From the NCBI GenBank assembly GCA_005222975.1, contig NJBI01000001.1, positions 1 through 64,000 on the forward strand: a stretch of DNA of 64,000 nucleotides, read 5' to 3'. Position 1 is the first letter of the stretch. Every line of letters starts with the position of its first letter. The DNA comes from Promethearchaeota archaeon Loki_b31 (lineage in GTDB: Archaea > Asgardarchaeota > Lokiarchaeia > Sigyniarchaeales > SOKP01). A program made the position numbers and the translations under genes. Under the pieces are notes generated by a model that was not told the DNA's origin, made no database searches, and saw only the letters and a program-made list of their open reading frames with translations. Shown one piece after another: positions 18,070 through 28,183 of this stretch.

Positions 18070-19140
18070 TTATCTTGATAATTGATCCAAAATTTCATGG
18101 AATGAGCTTAACTCTTTTCCTCCTAAATCTACCGCACCTTCCAAAATATCATTGGCACTAAGCCCCATATCTTTTAGCACCCTAATAAGTTCTAATTCGT
18201 AAGAATCTTTAAAATCCCTTACACTTTTAGCAATTTTATGAGCTTCAATAAGACCTATTGGATAACCAGGCACTAATTTAACCATAGAATATGCTGCAAT
18301 CGATGAAAATAATTTATCAATATTACCTCCATCATTACCTATATCTACTCTAAACCACTTATATGCTTCTTTATGCAATTTAGCAAAATGTATTTTACCC
18401 CAAGCATCAAATTTTGTTTGTCTTTCTATAAATGTATCTGGAATCTTGATATAGGTTAAGTTTGAATATTTTTTATCATAATATCTTTTTAAGAAAAAAT
18501 CATCAGTGTAATTATCTCTAAAGAAATGAGTTGATGTTGATTTAGAGATACCGGCTAATAAAATATCGTTCATCCTGCAATTTAATATTATGCTTTTATA
18601 AATTGGCTCTCTTTCAAGCGCTTTATATGTAAGTAAAGCTCCGTCTTTAAGTAAAATACAATTATTATAAGTTTCCGAAATTTTTTCTAATGTTATATCT
18701 TCCAAATAACTCATTATATTGCTAGCAAATAAAGAAGGGTTTCTTTCTTGGAACGCTGTAGCAATCTCTGCCGCTTTAGAGAAGACTTCTGGTTGAGAGT
18801 CCAATATAAACTCGTTGAAACTTAATAAATTAAGGTGATCAAATGTCTTTGGGGGTGCATTAATTAAATAATATATTTTACCATTTTTTACTTGGATTTT
18901 ATACTCTGTAACCACAATTCGAAATAATGCAATCCATGTGTCTGCACCTAAAAAGGAAAATAAAATACTATAAGAACCATCAATAGATACTAATGGTAAT
19001 TCTTCTCCTATGATTTTAGGTAATTCAAATTGAATCGCTTCAATTTCTTTACCTTCAAATTCTCTAATTGATTCTCTAGGTTTACCAAAATTTACTAAAT
19101 TTAACAGGTTCTTAATTTTCTGGATATCTTCAGTTTTCAT
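18070..19140 (-). CDS. nurA: NurA 5'-3' nuclease
   Basis: SIDGS, LKDGAL, AGISKS, FRVD, GYPIGLIEAH motifs; operon context. Confidence 0.92.
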   Translation of the reverse strand: MKTEDIQKIKNLLNLVNFGKPRESIREFEGKEIEAIQFELPKIIGEELPLVSIDGSYSILFSFLGADTWIALFRIVVTEYKIQVKNGKIYYLINAPPKTFDHLNLLSFNEFILDSQPEVFSKAAEIATAFQERNPSLFASNIMSYLEDITLEKISETYNNCILLKDGALLTYKALEREPIYKSIILNCRMNDILLAGISKSTSTHFFRDNYTDDFFLKRYYDKKYSNLTYIKIPDTFIERQTKFDAWGKIHFAKLHKEAYKWFRVDIGNDGGNIDKLFSSIAAYSMVKLVPGYPIGLIEAHKIAKSVRDFKDSYELELIRVLKDMGLSANDILEGAVDLGGKELSSFHEILDQLSR

Positions 19141-19456
19141 ATCTTATAATCCTTTTAATTTTTCTTTGACTAAACTTTAAAGATTTAAAGATATTCAATC
19201 TTTAAAAAATTTAATCATAGCATAAAACCATTACATTTCATTTTTAATTAATATATTAATTATTTTATCAATATAAATAAAAAATTGTATTAATCCTTGG
19301 CTAAGAGATTATTTGTTCTTTTAAAATTATTAGCCTTCACCATTTTTAAACTTCAAGGACTTTTAAAATTTAATAGTTTTTAGAATGGATGTTAAGTGGC
19401 TAATATGAAATTAATAAAAGATATTGAAAAATTTAAAATTTTATTAGATTTAATCT

Positions 19457-20641
19457 TTACTTTAAGTATTCTTCAATTAGGTTATATACTTTTTCAAGGA
19501 TTTCCACTTTTGGTAAAAAAGTTATTCGCATATGACCTTTTCCATAATCTCCAAAACCAGAACCATAAACGGTGCAGACCCCAGTCTCTTTAAGCAAGTC
19601 CACTACTAACTCCTTATCGTCTTTCCATCTTCCTAATTCTTTAAGATCTAATTTTGGGAAGAGGTAAAACGCACCATTAGGTTTAACGCAACTAACTCCC
19701 TCAATTTTTCGTAATCTATTGTACGAGTAATCCCGTCGTTCTTTTAATTTTTGTACCATTTCTACGGTGTGATTGCTTGAAGTTCTTAAAATCTCTATTG
19801 CCGCGAACTGAGCAACAGAATTAGCAGATAGACGCGCTCTCGCCATTTTTGCTATGCCATTCTTTAATTCGTCGAGTTTGTTTTCAGGATCGTGGTAATA
19901 AAGATATCCGAGCCTCCACCCAGTTACTAAATGCGTTTTTGAAAAACCATTTAAGCCAATAATGGGAACATCTTTGGTTAAGGTGGCGGGACAGACATAC
20001 GGCTTATCATATGTAATTTGATCGTAAATTTCATCAGATAAAATAGGTAAATCATATTCTCCAGCTAAATCTATTATTTCCTTAATTTTTTTCTCTCCGT
20101 ACATGGACCCAGTTGGATTATTTGGAGAGTTTATTAATATTGCTTGAGTTTTATTAGTAATTTTTTTCCTCAAATCTTCAATGTTAGGCTCCCAATCTTC
20201 CTCCTCGTTAAGCGCATATTCAACTGGTTTTCCATCAAAAAATTTAGCATAATTAATATATAATGGATACGATGGACCTGGTATAAGTAATTCTTTACCA
20301 TTTTCGATTAATCCCGCTACAATGAAATAAATTCCTTCAGTAACTCCTGAAGTAACCAGAATATCATCGATTCCAATTTTGAGGTTTTGCTTTTCATTAA
20401 GAATTCTACTAATTTCTTCTCGTAGCTCAATAACACCTAATGAATTGACGTAATTATTTTTACCCTCGCGACTAGCTTTAAATAAAGCCTCTGAAATAAA
20501 TTCTGGAGTAGGAAAGTCGTAGGCAACGGGATCTCCAATATTTAAATGATAAACTTTTTTACCACTTTTAGCTACTTCATGGGCAACAGCAGCTATTTCT
20601 CTAATCGCATATTCAACGCCTTTTACTCTATTTGTAAGCAA
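19457..20641 (-). CDS. Class I/II PLP aminotransferase (alanine aminotransferase-like)
   Basis: LNIGDP, INSPNNPTG, SDEIYD, NGFSKTHLVTGWRLGY, GAFYLFP. Confidence 0.93.
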   Translation of the reverse strand: MLTNRVKGVEYAIREIAAVAHEVAKSGKKVYHLNIGDPVAYDFPTPEFISEALFKASREGKNNYVNSLGVIELREEISRILNEKQNLKIGIDDILVTSGVTEGIYFIVAGLIENGKELLIPGPSYPLYINYAKFFDGKPVEYALNEEEDWEPNIEDLRKKITNKTQAILINSPNNPTGSMYGEKKIKEIIDLAGEYDLPILSDEIYDQITYDKPYVCPATLTKDVPIIGLNGFSKTHLVTGWRLGYLYYHDPENKLDELKNGIAKMARARLSANSVAQFAAIEILRTSSNHTVEMVQKLKERRDYSYNRLRKIEGVSCVKPNGAFYLFPKLDLKELGRWKDDKELVVDLLKETGVCTVYGSGFGDYGKGHMRITFLPKVEILEKVYNLIEEYLK

Positions 20642-20720
20642 AATATTCCACTTTGTACATTTAATAATTAATTAATATAATACACTAAAGTAAATAGAAT
20701 GAGAATTAAATAAATTTACT

Positions 20721-20750
20721 TTCTTGAGAATGTTGAATTCTTGAGAATGT
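20721..20750. promoter_or_regulatory. Tandem 13-bp direct repeat TTCTTGAGAATGT (17-bp period), candidate operator
   Basis: Exact copies at 20721..20733 and 20738..20750, 80-110 bp upstream of the aminotransferase start. Confidence 0.45.
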
Positions 20751-20772
20751 GCCTAATAGAACTAAAAAAATT

Positions 20773-21141
20773 TTAAAATTGGAACTCTCTATTCCTCAAT
20801 TTGGAGACTAAATGCCCTCTTGATAGAAGCTGAATTCCAAATTGAGTACTATAATCACGCGAAAAATCTGTGGCAATATTACAAATCATAATTCCCCCTT
20901 CTATATCGGGGATATCAACGCATGCTTTATGTAGTTGTCTTAATTGTGTAATAGATATTTCTCTTTTCCAATCTCGAATAAATACGCCATATCTACCATG
21001 CTTCCCGTTATTAATAACCGCGTTAAACGTCCAGTATTTACCGGATAGCCCTTTAAATTTTTGCGGCCCATTAATAAATTCATATTTCTCAGAAAAAACT
21101 TTCTCGGTTAATTCAGATAAGGGTTTATCTCCAAATGACAT
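20773..21141 (-). CDS. Stand-alone Mrr_cat/restriction-endonuclease-fold protein, degenerate active site
   Basis: KFKGLSGKYWTFNAV...GVFIRDWKREISITQLRQL...GGIMIC...GIQLLS follows the Mrr-like pattern, but D and ExK are replaced. Confidence 0.65.
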   Translation of the reverse strand: MSFGDKPLSELTEKVFSEKYEFINGPQKFKGLSGKYWTFNAVINNGKHGRYGVFIRDWKREISITQLRQLHKACVDIPDIEGGIMICNIATDFSRDYSTQFGIQLLSRGHLVSKLRNREFQF

Positions 21142-21410
21142 TAAATCACAATAAGTTTTTATTAAATATATTTCAATGTAATATATAAATCTTATTTAAA
21201 CAGATATAAATAATAATCTTAAAAATAAGTAATATGTAGATATTATCTTCAGAATATTCAATATGTAGTAAGACTAATAACTATTTAGGTATCCGACAAA
21301 ATTCCTTAATAACACAATATTATTAAACAGAGAATAATTTGCTGTGGTTAAACAATTTAAATAAAGGATAAAAGTTCTGATATTTTATCGGGTTTCTTTT
21401 TTCTTTCATT

Positions 21411-22421
21411 TTAAAGAGAACTTAAATATATTTTATACTTTTGGGTAAGAGCTCCTTTATAATAAGGCTTCCCACCTACTTTTTGTTGAAATTCTTTATT
21501 TATTTTTAATTTCCAATTTTCAAAAGCCTTAGTTATTCTTCCACCATATATAGGATTCTTCCCTGTCAATTTTGCATAAATTTTAGCTTCCAAATTTAAT
21601 GGTGTTAAGTTTTTAATAGTTGGCTCCTTTTTATCTACAGGGTCTTTAGCAATAGGTCTTCTAACTGTAGATCTTTTGACTTTAGGCTTTTTAGGTGGAG
21701 CTTTTTTAGAAACATGCTTCTTAATAAGATTATTTAAGTATAAATCATATTTCTGAGTAATTTTTCCCTTATAGTACGGAAAACCACCTGTCTTCTCCCG
21801 AAATTCTTTATTTATTTTTAATTTCCATTTTTGAAATGTTTTCGTTTCACTCCCACTCCATATGGCATTTTTCTTAGTTATTCTCTCATAAGTTTCAACT
21901 TCTGGTTTGAATGTATTTAGTTTTTTAGGGGGTTCTGGTTTTATTACTTTTTTGGGTGCTTTTGGTTTGAATCTATGTATAATTTCTATTATTTCGTGAC
22001 ATTCAAAGACATTTCCTTTATTATCACTAAAATATGGAAGATCAAAACTATCTAAATAAATGGCAAAATCGAAATAATTAGTATGATCAATCTCAGGACC
22101 CATATATTGAGCAGTAAAGACGATTACATTCTTATCTTTGGAGATATTGATAATATTTCTTTTATATTCAGAGTATTGATAAAGAGAGATTTTTTCAAAA
22201 TCAGTGATGGAAGATAATAATTTAATTTGAGCTTTAGATTTAATTTGAACATAATATTCTTCATACCTTTTATTATTAATAATAGCATTGAGAGCAATTA
22301 AGGAATATTCTTCTTCTGAATCAAGGGTCATATTTAGTAGAGCTTTTGTAAATTGTTTTATGTGATCCCATTCTGATGCATAAGCAATTCCAATGATTTC
22401 TTTGGGTATACTTTCAAACAT
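21411..22421 (-). CDS. Hypothetical protein with two 59-aa basic/aromatic C-terminal repeats
   Basis: Repeats at about 21726..21902 and 21414..21590, separated by a Lys/Pro-rich linker. Confidence 0.75.
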   Translation of the reverse strand: MFESIPKEIIGIAYASEWDHIKQFTKALLNMTLDSEEEYSLIALNAIINNKRYEEYYVQIKSKAQIKLLSSITDFEKISLYQYSEYKRNIINISKDKNVIVFTAQYMGPEIDHTNYFDFAIYLDSFDLPYFSDNKGNVFECHEIIEIIHRFKPKAPKKVIKPEPPKKLNTFKPEVETYERITKKNAIWSGSETKTFQKWKLKINKEFREKTGGFPYYKGKITQKYDLYLNNLIKKHVSKKAPPKKPKVKRSTVRRPIAKDPVDKKEPTIKNLTPLNLEAKIYAKLTGKNPIYGGRITKAFENWKLKINKEFQQKVGGKPYYKGALTQKYKIYLSSL

Positions 22422-22657
22422 GGTCTAATTACCTAAAAAAAAGAAATATTCTAAAATGTTATCAATTATAAGCTTTTCCTATACTTATAACAAATAAAAC
22501 TATTGTTTATTATATATTTAGATAATTCGGTTAATTTTATGAATGAATGATAAATTAAAAATTAATTGATGCTATTCCAGGATTTAACTTTACTACCGTG
22601 TATTTCTTACCTTTTGCAATTTCATTACACCTAGTGTGTTAAAAATTCCTTATAAAA

Positions 22658-23509
22658 TCAAAAAAATAAATTTTTTTCCGCAAACAATTTGAATAGAGGA
22701 TATTCACCGTAAATATCTTGAGATTTCTCTTTAATATACGGATAAAGATTTTCTATTAAAAATTCAATCAATTTATCAGCTACAACCTCACAAATAATAG
22801 TACAATCTAGAAAATTATCCACGAGGTGCTTGCAGTTCTCATTATAGAGAAAACAAAATTTTTTCATTTGTAGAGATATACCCTCAGCGGATAAGACGCT
22901 AATTCGGTCCCATAAATCTTTAAACCCTCCTAAATGACTTGGAGCAATACTCATAAGCTCTTTTTTTAAAATTTTAAGCTTCAATTTTGAATTTCTACTA
23001 TCTTTATAACCAAATCTCTCTCTAATTAATCTAAATTCTTTTTTAGCTTCAATATGACATAGAAAAATATATTTTTGCAAAAGCTTTTCGGCTTCTTTTG
23101 CCTTTGCAATATTAATTATTTTCCATCCAGAGCTTTTCTTACAACTAATTTCATTATTATCCGGATTTGAGAATCCTGTAGGATAAATCCAACATTGGGG
23201 AGGTTTAATTCCAGATTTGTGAATCAAACATCCATTTATTTCTTTATCAAATAAAAAACATTTTCCTGTTTTTTCATTAAACCTTAACTGAAAAGTAAAT
23301 ATATTGCTTCTAATGAAATCTCTACTACTGGCATAACCTCTTTTAATATATTCTTCAGCTAGAATTTTTGGTACATCAATTTTGATAGAACAACAATCAC
23401 CCCTACAAATTCGAGGATCTATACAATTAGGTCCTTCAATGGCAGATTTCATTAAAAAGTTAAATTGCGCGATAATTTGCCAAAAGTAAAAATTATTTTG
23501 ATTTTTCAA
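22658..23509 (-). CDS. YkgJ/CxxCxxCC-like Cys-cluster (Zn/Fe-S) protein
   Basis: CIDPRICRGDCC, KCFLFD...GCLIH...KPPQCWIYP. Alternative ATG at 23452. Confidence 0.75.
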   Translation of the reverse strand: MKNQNNFYFWQIIAQFNFLMKSAIEGPNCIDPRICRGDCCSIKIDVPKILAEEYIKRGYASSRDFIRSNIFTFQLRFNEKTGKCFLFDKEINGCLIHKSGIKPPQCWIYPTGFSNPDNNEISCKKSSGWKIINIAKAKEAEKLLQKYIFLCHIEAKKEFRLIRERFGYKDSRNSKLKLKILKKELMSIAPSHLGGFKDLWDRISVLSAEGISLQMKKFCFLYNENCKHLVDNFLDCTIICEVVADKLIEFLIENLYPYIKEKSQDIYGEYPLFKLFAEKNLFF

Positions 23510-23634
23510 GTTAATTAAATAATCCTAATTTTAATTTAAAATTCTTTATTTACTAAAATTTATATTTTTGAACTTTATTTTTTTATTGTTAAAAATTTGT
23601 CAATAAAACAATAAAAGGTAAGGAAGCAGAGAAA

Positions 23635-25740
23635 ATGTCTGATTTAATAATCGTTGATATTACAGAAAATGAAAAAACTCTTTTAGATGGTCAATTAAAC
23701 CAAAAAGAAATTAAAGGAAACGGAAAAATTTTAATAAAGAACCCTTCCCAGAAAAGTCGGCTATGGAATTTAGGATGCGATTTAAAAGAAATTGTTAACA
23801 CAACAATTAGTTCGAGAGAATTGGATGTGGGGATTTTAAACGCTACTCAAGAATATAAAAGCGAATACGAAGTTCAAAATTTAAAAGAACCTTCACTTAA
23901 AGTTGTCGATATTTTTGATACTACTATGTCAATTTCAGATAAAGTAAATAACGCATTTTTGTTTGAAACTGACAATAAATGTAAATTAAAGTTAGTATTA
24001 ACAAATCCCTTAGATATACCTATATCAAACATTAAAGTGAAAAGAGAAATACCCTCGTTCTTCCAAGAAATTGAAATTCTTAATCCTAATATCGGTGTTG
24101 CTGGTATAATTGAAGAGTCTGAATTAAGATTTTTGAGTTGGGATATTGTTTCGTTAGATGGACAACAAAGAGCTGAGTTAGAATTAACTTGCACAGTAAA
24201 TATAAAAGATAGCGATGTAAAAGCCTTAGGAACATTAGATATTACTTACTTAATCAATAATTATAAACTAACAATGATTAATCCGGAAGTTCGAGGGCTC
24301 ACTGATTCGATGTCTGGAATTGATAGAGATGAGGGTTCTCAACCGGGAATGTGGGATTGTAGTGTTGAATTTATTAACGAGTCAGAGTTTCAAGTAAGAA
24401 TAGAAAACGTTAAGGTGTTACATAAAATTACTACGGGAACCGAAAATGTCGTATCTCAAGCCCCTAATCGATTACTTAATCCTGAACAATCGTGGGATTT
24501 TGATTTTCAAGTTGAATCTAAGGATGTTCCTGAATTAAGTTCCTCGATCGAATTTACACCGTTATTTGTGGCGCTTACTAGAGTTGTTGGTGAAATTAAT
24601 AAAGAGTCCACCGTTTACCCCGTTTTAAGAGCTAGTATAAATAAATCTATTAACCCTCCCGAGGTTGATGCCTACGCGAATACAGACATGGTAATAGAAA
24701 ATATAATTGTTAATAATGGTACTTCAATTATAGGAGCAATTAACATTCTAGATGAAATTCCCCAAGATTTTGTACCACCATTAATAAATCAAGTAAAAGT
24801 TATGCTAGGAAATATAGATATTAGCTCTCGAACTGATTTTACTAAAAAACTTGAGCTTGCACCGAGTGACCAAAGTCCAGACTCAAAACACCAAATTATT
24901 ATTGAACTTTTCAATCTATCTAACGAATTTATCCAAGACGCTAAATTAATCATCTCATACCCCCTTAAAGCAAGGAATCCAAGACCACCTACAGAAATGC
25001 TTTATAAAACTCCTGTAAAAATAGAAATAAATAGCCCAGTTGAAGGAAATTTATTTACTAAATCTCCAGATAAAGAACCAGAGATCAAAGTGAAATACGT
25101 TAAGCGTAAACTGAAAACGCTTAAAAGCATAAAACCTGGAATGTCTGAAGGAGAATTCTCCATCAGTGTTAGAATTCAAAATAAAGGAAATGTAGAATTA
25201 GAAAATATTATTGTCAAGGATAAAATCCCTAGAGGTTTTGATTTAACTAATATTAACATCGATGATTATAATGTAGTGAAAATTGGGGAAGAATCTGAAT
25301 TACAAGTCAAGATTGCTGAATTGAAGGGAAATGAATCATTAAGTCTTAATTACAGTTGTTCTGGACAGGGTGATTATCCAAGATATGAGCCAGAGATCAT
25401 TGTTCAAGGTCGTGAGGGTTCTGAATTAACTCAAGCCTCTGATAATCAAGTGGCTCCCCCCGCTCAAACTGTTAAGGGTTCTGTTACTTCAATTAGTATA
25501 GAGAAAAGTGCTCTTATTAACGATCTTTTTTCAAATATTTTTAAGAAAATAGATCAAACCATAACCGGAAATGTCTTAAGCGCTTTCATTGAAGATATGA
25601 GGGACCAATTTCCCCCAGGGCCTGTTCTACATCAATTTATGCAGTTTGCTAAAGATATCAAAACAGATAAATTAGTTATTGGTTCTTTAAGAGACGAAAT
25701 ATTAGCAAAGTTAAAGGAGTTTAAGGAAAAATATATTTAA
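23635..25740 (+). CDS. Cytoplasmic beta-sandwich multidomain protein (DUF11/Ig-like; N-terminus resembles adaptin mu homology domain)
   Basis: No signal peptide or TM. Repeated xNxG...IxxxDxIP strands and a C-terminal helical domain after a low-complexity linker. Confidence 0.7.
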   Translation: MSDLIIVDITENEKTLLDGQLNQKEIKGNGKILIKNPSQKSRLWNLGCDLKEIVNTTISSRELDVGILNATQEYKSEYEVQNLKEPSLKVVDIFDTTMSISDKVNNAFLFETDNKCKLKLVLTNPLDIPISNIKVKREIPSFFQEIEILNPNIGVAGIIEESELRFLSWDIVSLDGQQRAELELTCTVNIKDSDVKALGTLDITYLINNYKLTMINPEVRGLTDSMSGIDRDEGSQPGMWDCSVEFINESEFQVRIENVKVLHKITTGTENVVSQAPNRLLNPEQSWDFDFQVESKDVPELSSSIEFTPLFVALTRVVGEINKESTVYPVLRASINKSINPPEVDAYANTDMVIENIIVNNGTSIIGAINILDEIPQDFVPPLINQVKVMLGNIDISSRTDFTKKLELAPSDQSPDSKHQIIIELFNLSNEFIQDAKLIISYPLKARNPRPPTEMLYKTPVKIEINSPVEGNLFTKSPDKEPEIKVKYVKRKLKTLKSIKPGMSEGEFSISVRIQNKGNVELENIIVKDKIPRGFDLTNINIDDYNVVKIGEESELQVKIAELKGNESLSLNYSCSGQGDYPRYEPEIIVQGREGSELTQASDNQVAPPAQTVKGSVTSISIEKSALINDLFSNIFKKIDQTITGNVLSAFIEDMRDQFPPGPVLHQFMQFAKDIKTDKLVIGSLRDEILAKLKEFKEKYI

Positions 25741-25838
25741 AAAATCTTTTTTATTATCCTATTTTTTTTATTCTTTATTTAATTTAAAATTATCATTAAA
25801 TAACAATTTTATAGTAAAATTTCATTATTATAAGGTAT

Positions 25839-26921
25839 ATGAATTCGCGCGAGCGTTACTTAGCAGTTTACGACGATAATGAGCGGAAAAAGCTAGATAG
25901 AGTTCCTACACACGTTCAATACATTAGAGAAGGATTTATCACGCAAAATAAAGAAAAAATATTAAACAATCATAGCGAGAGTTTATTCAATAACCTCTAT
26001 TTCGACATTCCTTATGCTTTAAAGTTTGATTCTGTTTTTGCCTCATTTCCCTTAAGTTTTAAAGTAAAAAGCGTTAAAGTGCAAGATAAGACAGGAAAAA
26101 TCGTTAGGATAAAAGAAGATGGACAGTCAACGAGACGCAAAACTTCGTATTATGAAGGCGGATACATAAATAATTTAGACCTCCTAAATGAACTCTGTGC
26201 TAATTTAAAGGAAGTAGACAATAGTGAAATAATTAAAAAGACTATAAATTTTTATGAAAAAATCTCGCCTTATATTTTTCCTGTTTTAATGGTTGATGGC
26301 ATTTTTGATAAAGTTTGGAAAAGCATGGGAATCGTTGCCTTTAGTCGAAATTTTAAAAAAAATACCAAATTATATCGAGATTTAATTAAGTTTTATGCTA
26401 ATTTAGCTCAAATTAATATTGAAGGATTGATAAATGCAACAGGGGGAAGAGGAAAAATCTTGACTCTCTTGGACGATGTAGCTTATAAAGGGCACCCGAT
26501 GATCTCACCTGAACGGTGGGAAAAAGATTTTTTACCCTATTATAAAGAAATTACTTCAATAATTTCTGATGCCAGTATGATTTCTCAAATTCATACTGAT
26601 GGAGATGTCACAGAATTAATTTCATCTTTTAAGAAAGCTGGATTCCAAGGATTACAAGGGTTTGAAGGAGGATGTGACCCTTATTATGTAAATGAACACC
26701 ATCCAGACTTTATAATAGTTGGTTTTGGGGACGTATCATATACACTTCCATATGGAACTCAAGATCAAATTGAATCTCATGTAAAGGATTTAATGACCGC
26801 TTTGAAAGAAAATAGACGCTTTGTCATAGGTCCTAGTACGGTTATATTTAAAGAAATTCCATTAGAAAATGTGAGAACATTCATTCAAGCTGCAATAAAG
26901 TATGGAAAATATAATTGCTAA
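25839..26921 (+). CDS. Uroporphyrinogen decarboxylase/MtaA-CmuA family protein
   Basis: MNSRER...LDRVP, DDVAYKGHPMISP, HTDGD, IPLENV. Confidence 0.85.
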   Translation: MNSRERYLAVYDDNERKKLDRVPTHVQYIREGFITQNKEKILNNHSESLFNNLYFDIPYALKFDSVFASFPLSFKVKSVKVQDKTGKIVRIKEDGQSTRRKTSYYEGGYINNLDLLNELCANLKEVDNSEIIKKTINFYEKISPYIFPVLMVDGIFDKVWKSMGIVAFSRNFKKNTKLYRDLIKFYANLAQINIEGLINATGGRGKILTLLDDVAYKGHPMISPERWEKDFLPYYKEITSIISDASMISQIHTDGDVTELISSFKKAGFQGLQGFEGGCDPYYVNEHHPDFIIVGFGDVSYTLPYGTQDQIESHVKDLMTALKENRRFVIGPSTVIFKEIPLENVRTFIQAAIKYGKYNC

Positions 26922-26948
26922 TAAAGAGCAGTTTTTAGTGTAATCTAA

Positions 26949-28082
26949 TTATTTTTGGAATTTATTCATCTCTTTCTTTATTCTTTTCTGTACGCTATTG
27001 ACTTCAAGTTGATATTTTTCAATTATTTTAATTTTTTTATCAATTACAGAGGAATCAGAAATTTTCCTTTTTTCAATTTCTTTTCTAATTAAGTTATTAT
27101 ATGTTTTTATTTGTTCTAAAGAATTAATTATATTTTCTAAATATTCTAGGTTTTCCTTACTATTTTTCGAATTGATTGTTTGGTCCTTATGCTGTAGAAA
27201 AGCATAAAAGATATTCTCAGGTTTTATTTCGTAAGATCGGCTTTTTGAATAAGGTTCTAGCCTTACTTCATTCAATATATAAGATTCATAATTAACGGAT
27301 ATATTTTTCATATTAGAAATGTCAATAAATTTATTTGCTCTTGAATGGTCGATTGTTACATCCAATTCCTCAAAATCAGTAATCAATTTTAATTCGTCTA
27401 ATTCAACTTGAGTCATTAGCGGTGTAAACCTTACTTGTAAATGTTTCTTTCCATAAAATTTTTCATCATAACGAATTATTTGGGTGTATGTTTGAATCAA
27501 ATCTTCGCCAATTGGAGCGAACAAAACGCCTTCGTTCGGGTCGAGTTGTTGTAATAAAGTTGATATTCGATCTTCTTTTATAGCACCTGTTACAAGGATT
27601 TTTTGCCAAGGATATCGTTCAGGAAGTCCTAATAAAGGATTTCTTACGATAACTTCAACTTTCTCAAGAAGATTAGCTTTTCTTAAATTTACTAAAGTAA
27701 CATTTGCTATCTTTGGATTTGCTTCTATTATTACAATTCTACCACTTGGAGCTAATTTATGAGCTAACGCGGCGATATACCCGCTCTTTGCTCCTAAAAT
27801 AAGTAAATCGTCATTATCATTCAAGATTAATTCTTGTAACATGATCGAAATCATATGGGGGGCAGAGATCGTTCTAAGTGTTTCTGGTCGCTCTTTATTG
27901 AAGTAAAATAGAACTGGGGCATCGTTGTAAATTCTAACTTGATCCTGTATTTCTTTTGGTATAAATTCTTTTAGAGGAACATCTAAAAATGCCTTAAATA
28001 GCCTAATATCTCTCAAATAGCCATTAAAATATAGCGTAAATAACAACTGTATTTTTGAACGAAATATTTTATGATTTTCCAT
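26949..28082 (-). CDS. pcm: Protein-L-isoaspartate O-methyltransferase with C-terminal coiled-coil extension
   Basis: AFLDVPLKEFIP, TISAPHM, LILGAKSGYIAAL, ILVTGA, LLQQL, VRFTPL. Confidence 0.85.
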   Translation of the reverse strand: MENHKIFRSKIQLLFTLYFNGYLRDIRLFKAFLDVPLKEFIPKEIQDQVRIYNDAPVLFYFNKERPETLRTISAPHMISIMLQELILNDNDDLLILGAKSGYIAALAHKLAPSGRIVIIEANPKIANVTLVNLRKANLLEKVEVIVRNPLLGLPERYPWQKILVTGAIKEDRISTLLQQLDPNEGVLFAPIGEDLIQTYTQIIRYDEKFYGKKHLQVRFTPLMTQVELDELKLITDFEELDVTIDHSRANKFIDISNMKNISVNYESYILNEVRLEPYSKSRSYEIKPENIFYAFLQHKDQTINSKNSKENLEYLENIINSLEQIKTYNNLIRKEIEKRKISDSSVIDKKIKIIEKYQLEVNSVQKRIKKEMNKFQK

Positions 28083-28183
28083 TTTGCCTACAAAATATTG
28101 ATAAATATTATAGTTATTATATCTATTTATATTAAAATATTATAAAATACTAATTGTGTCAAATCTGTTGGGATATTTAAGTT

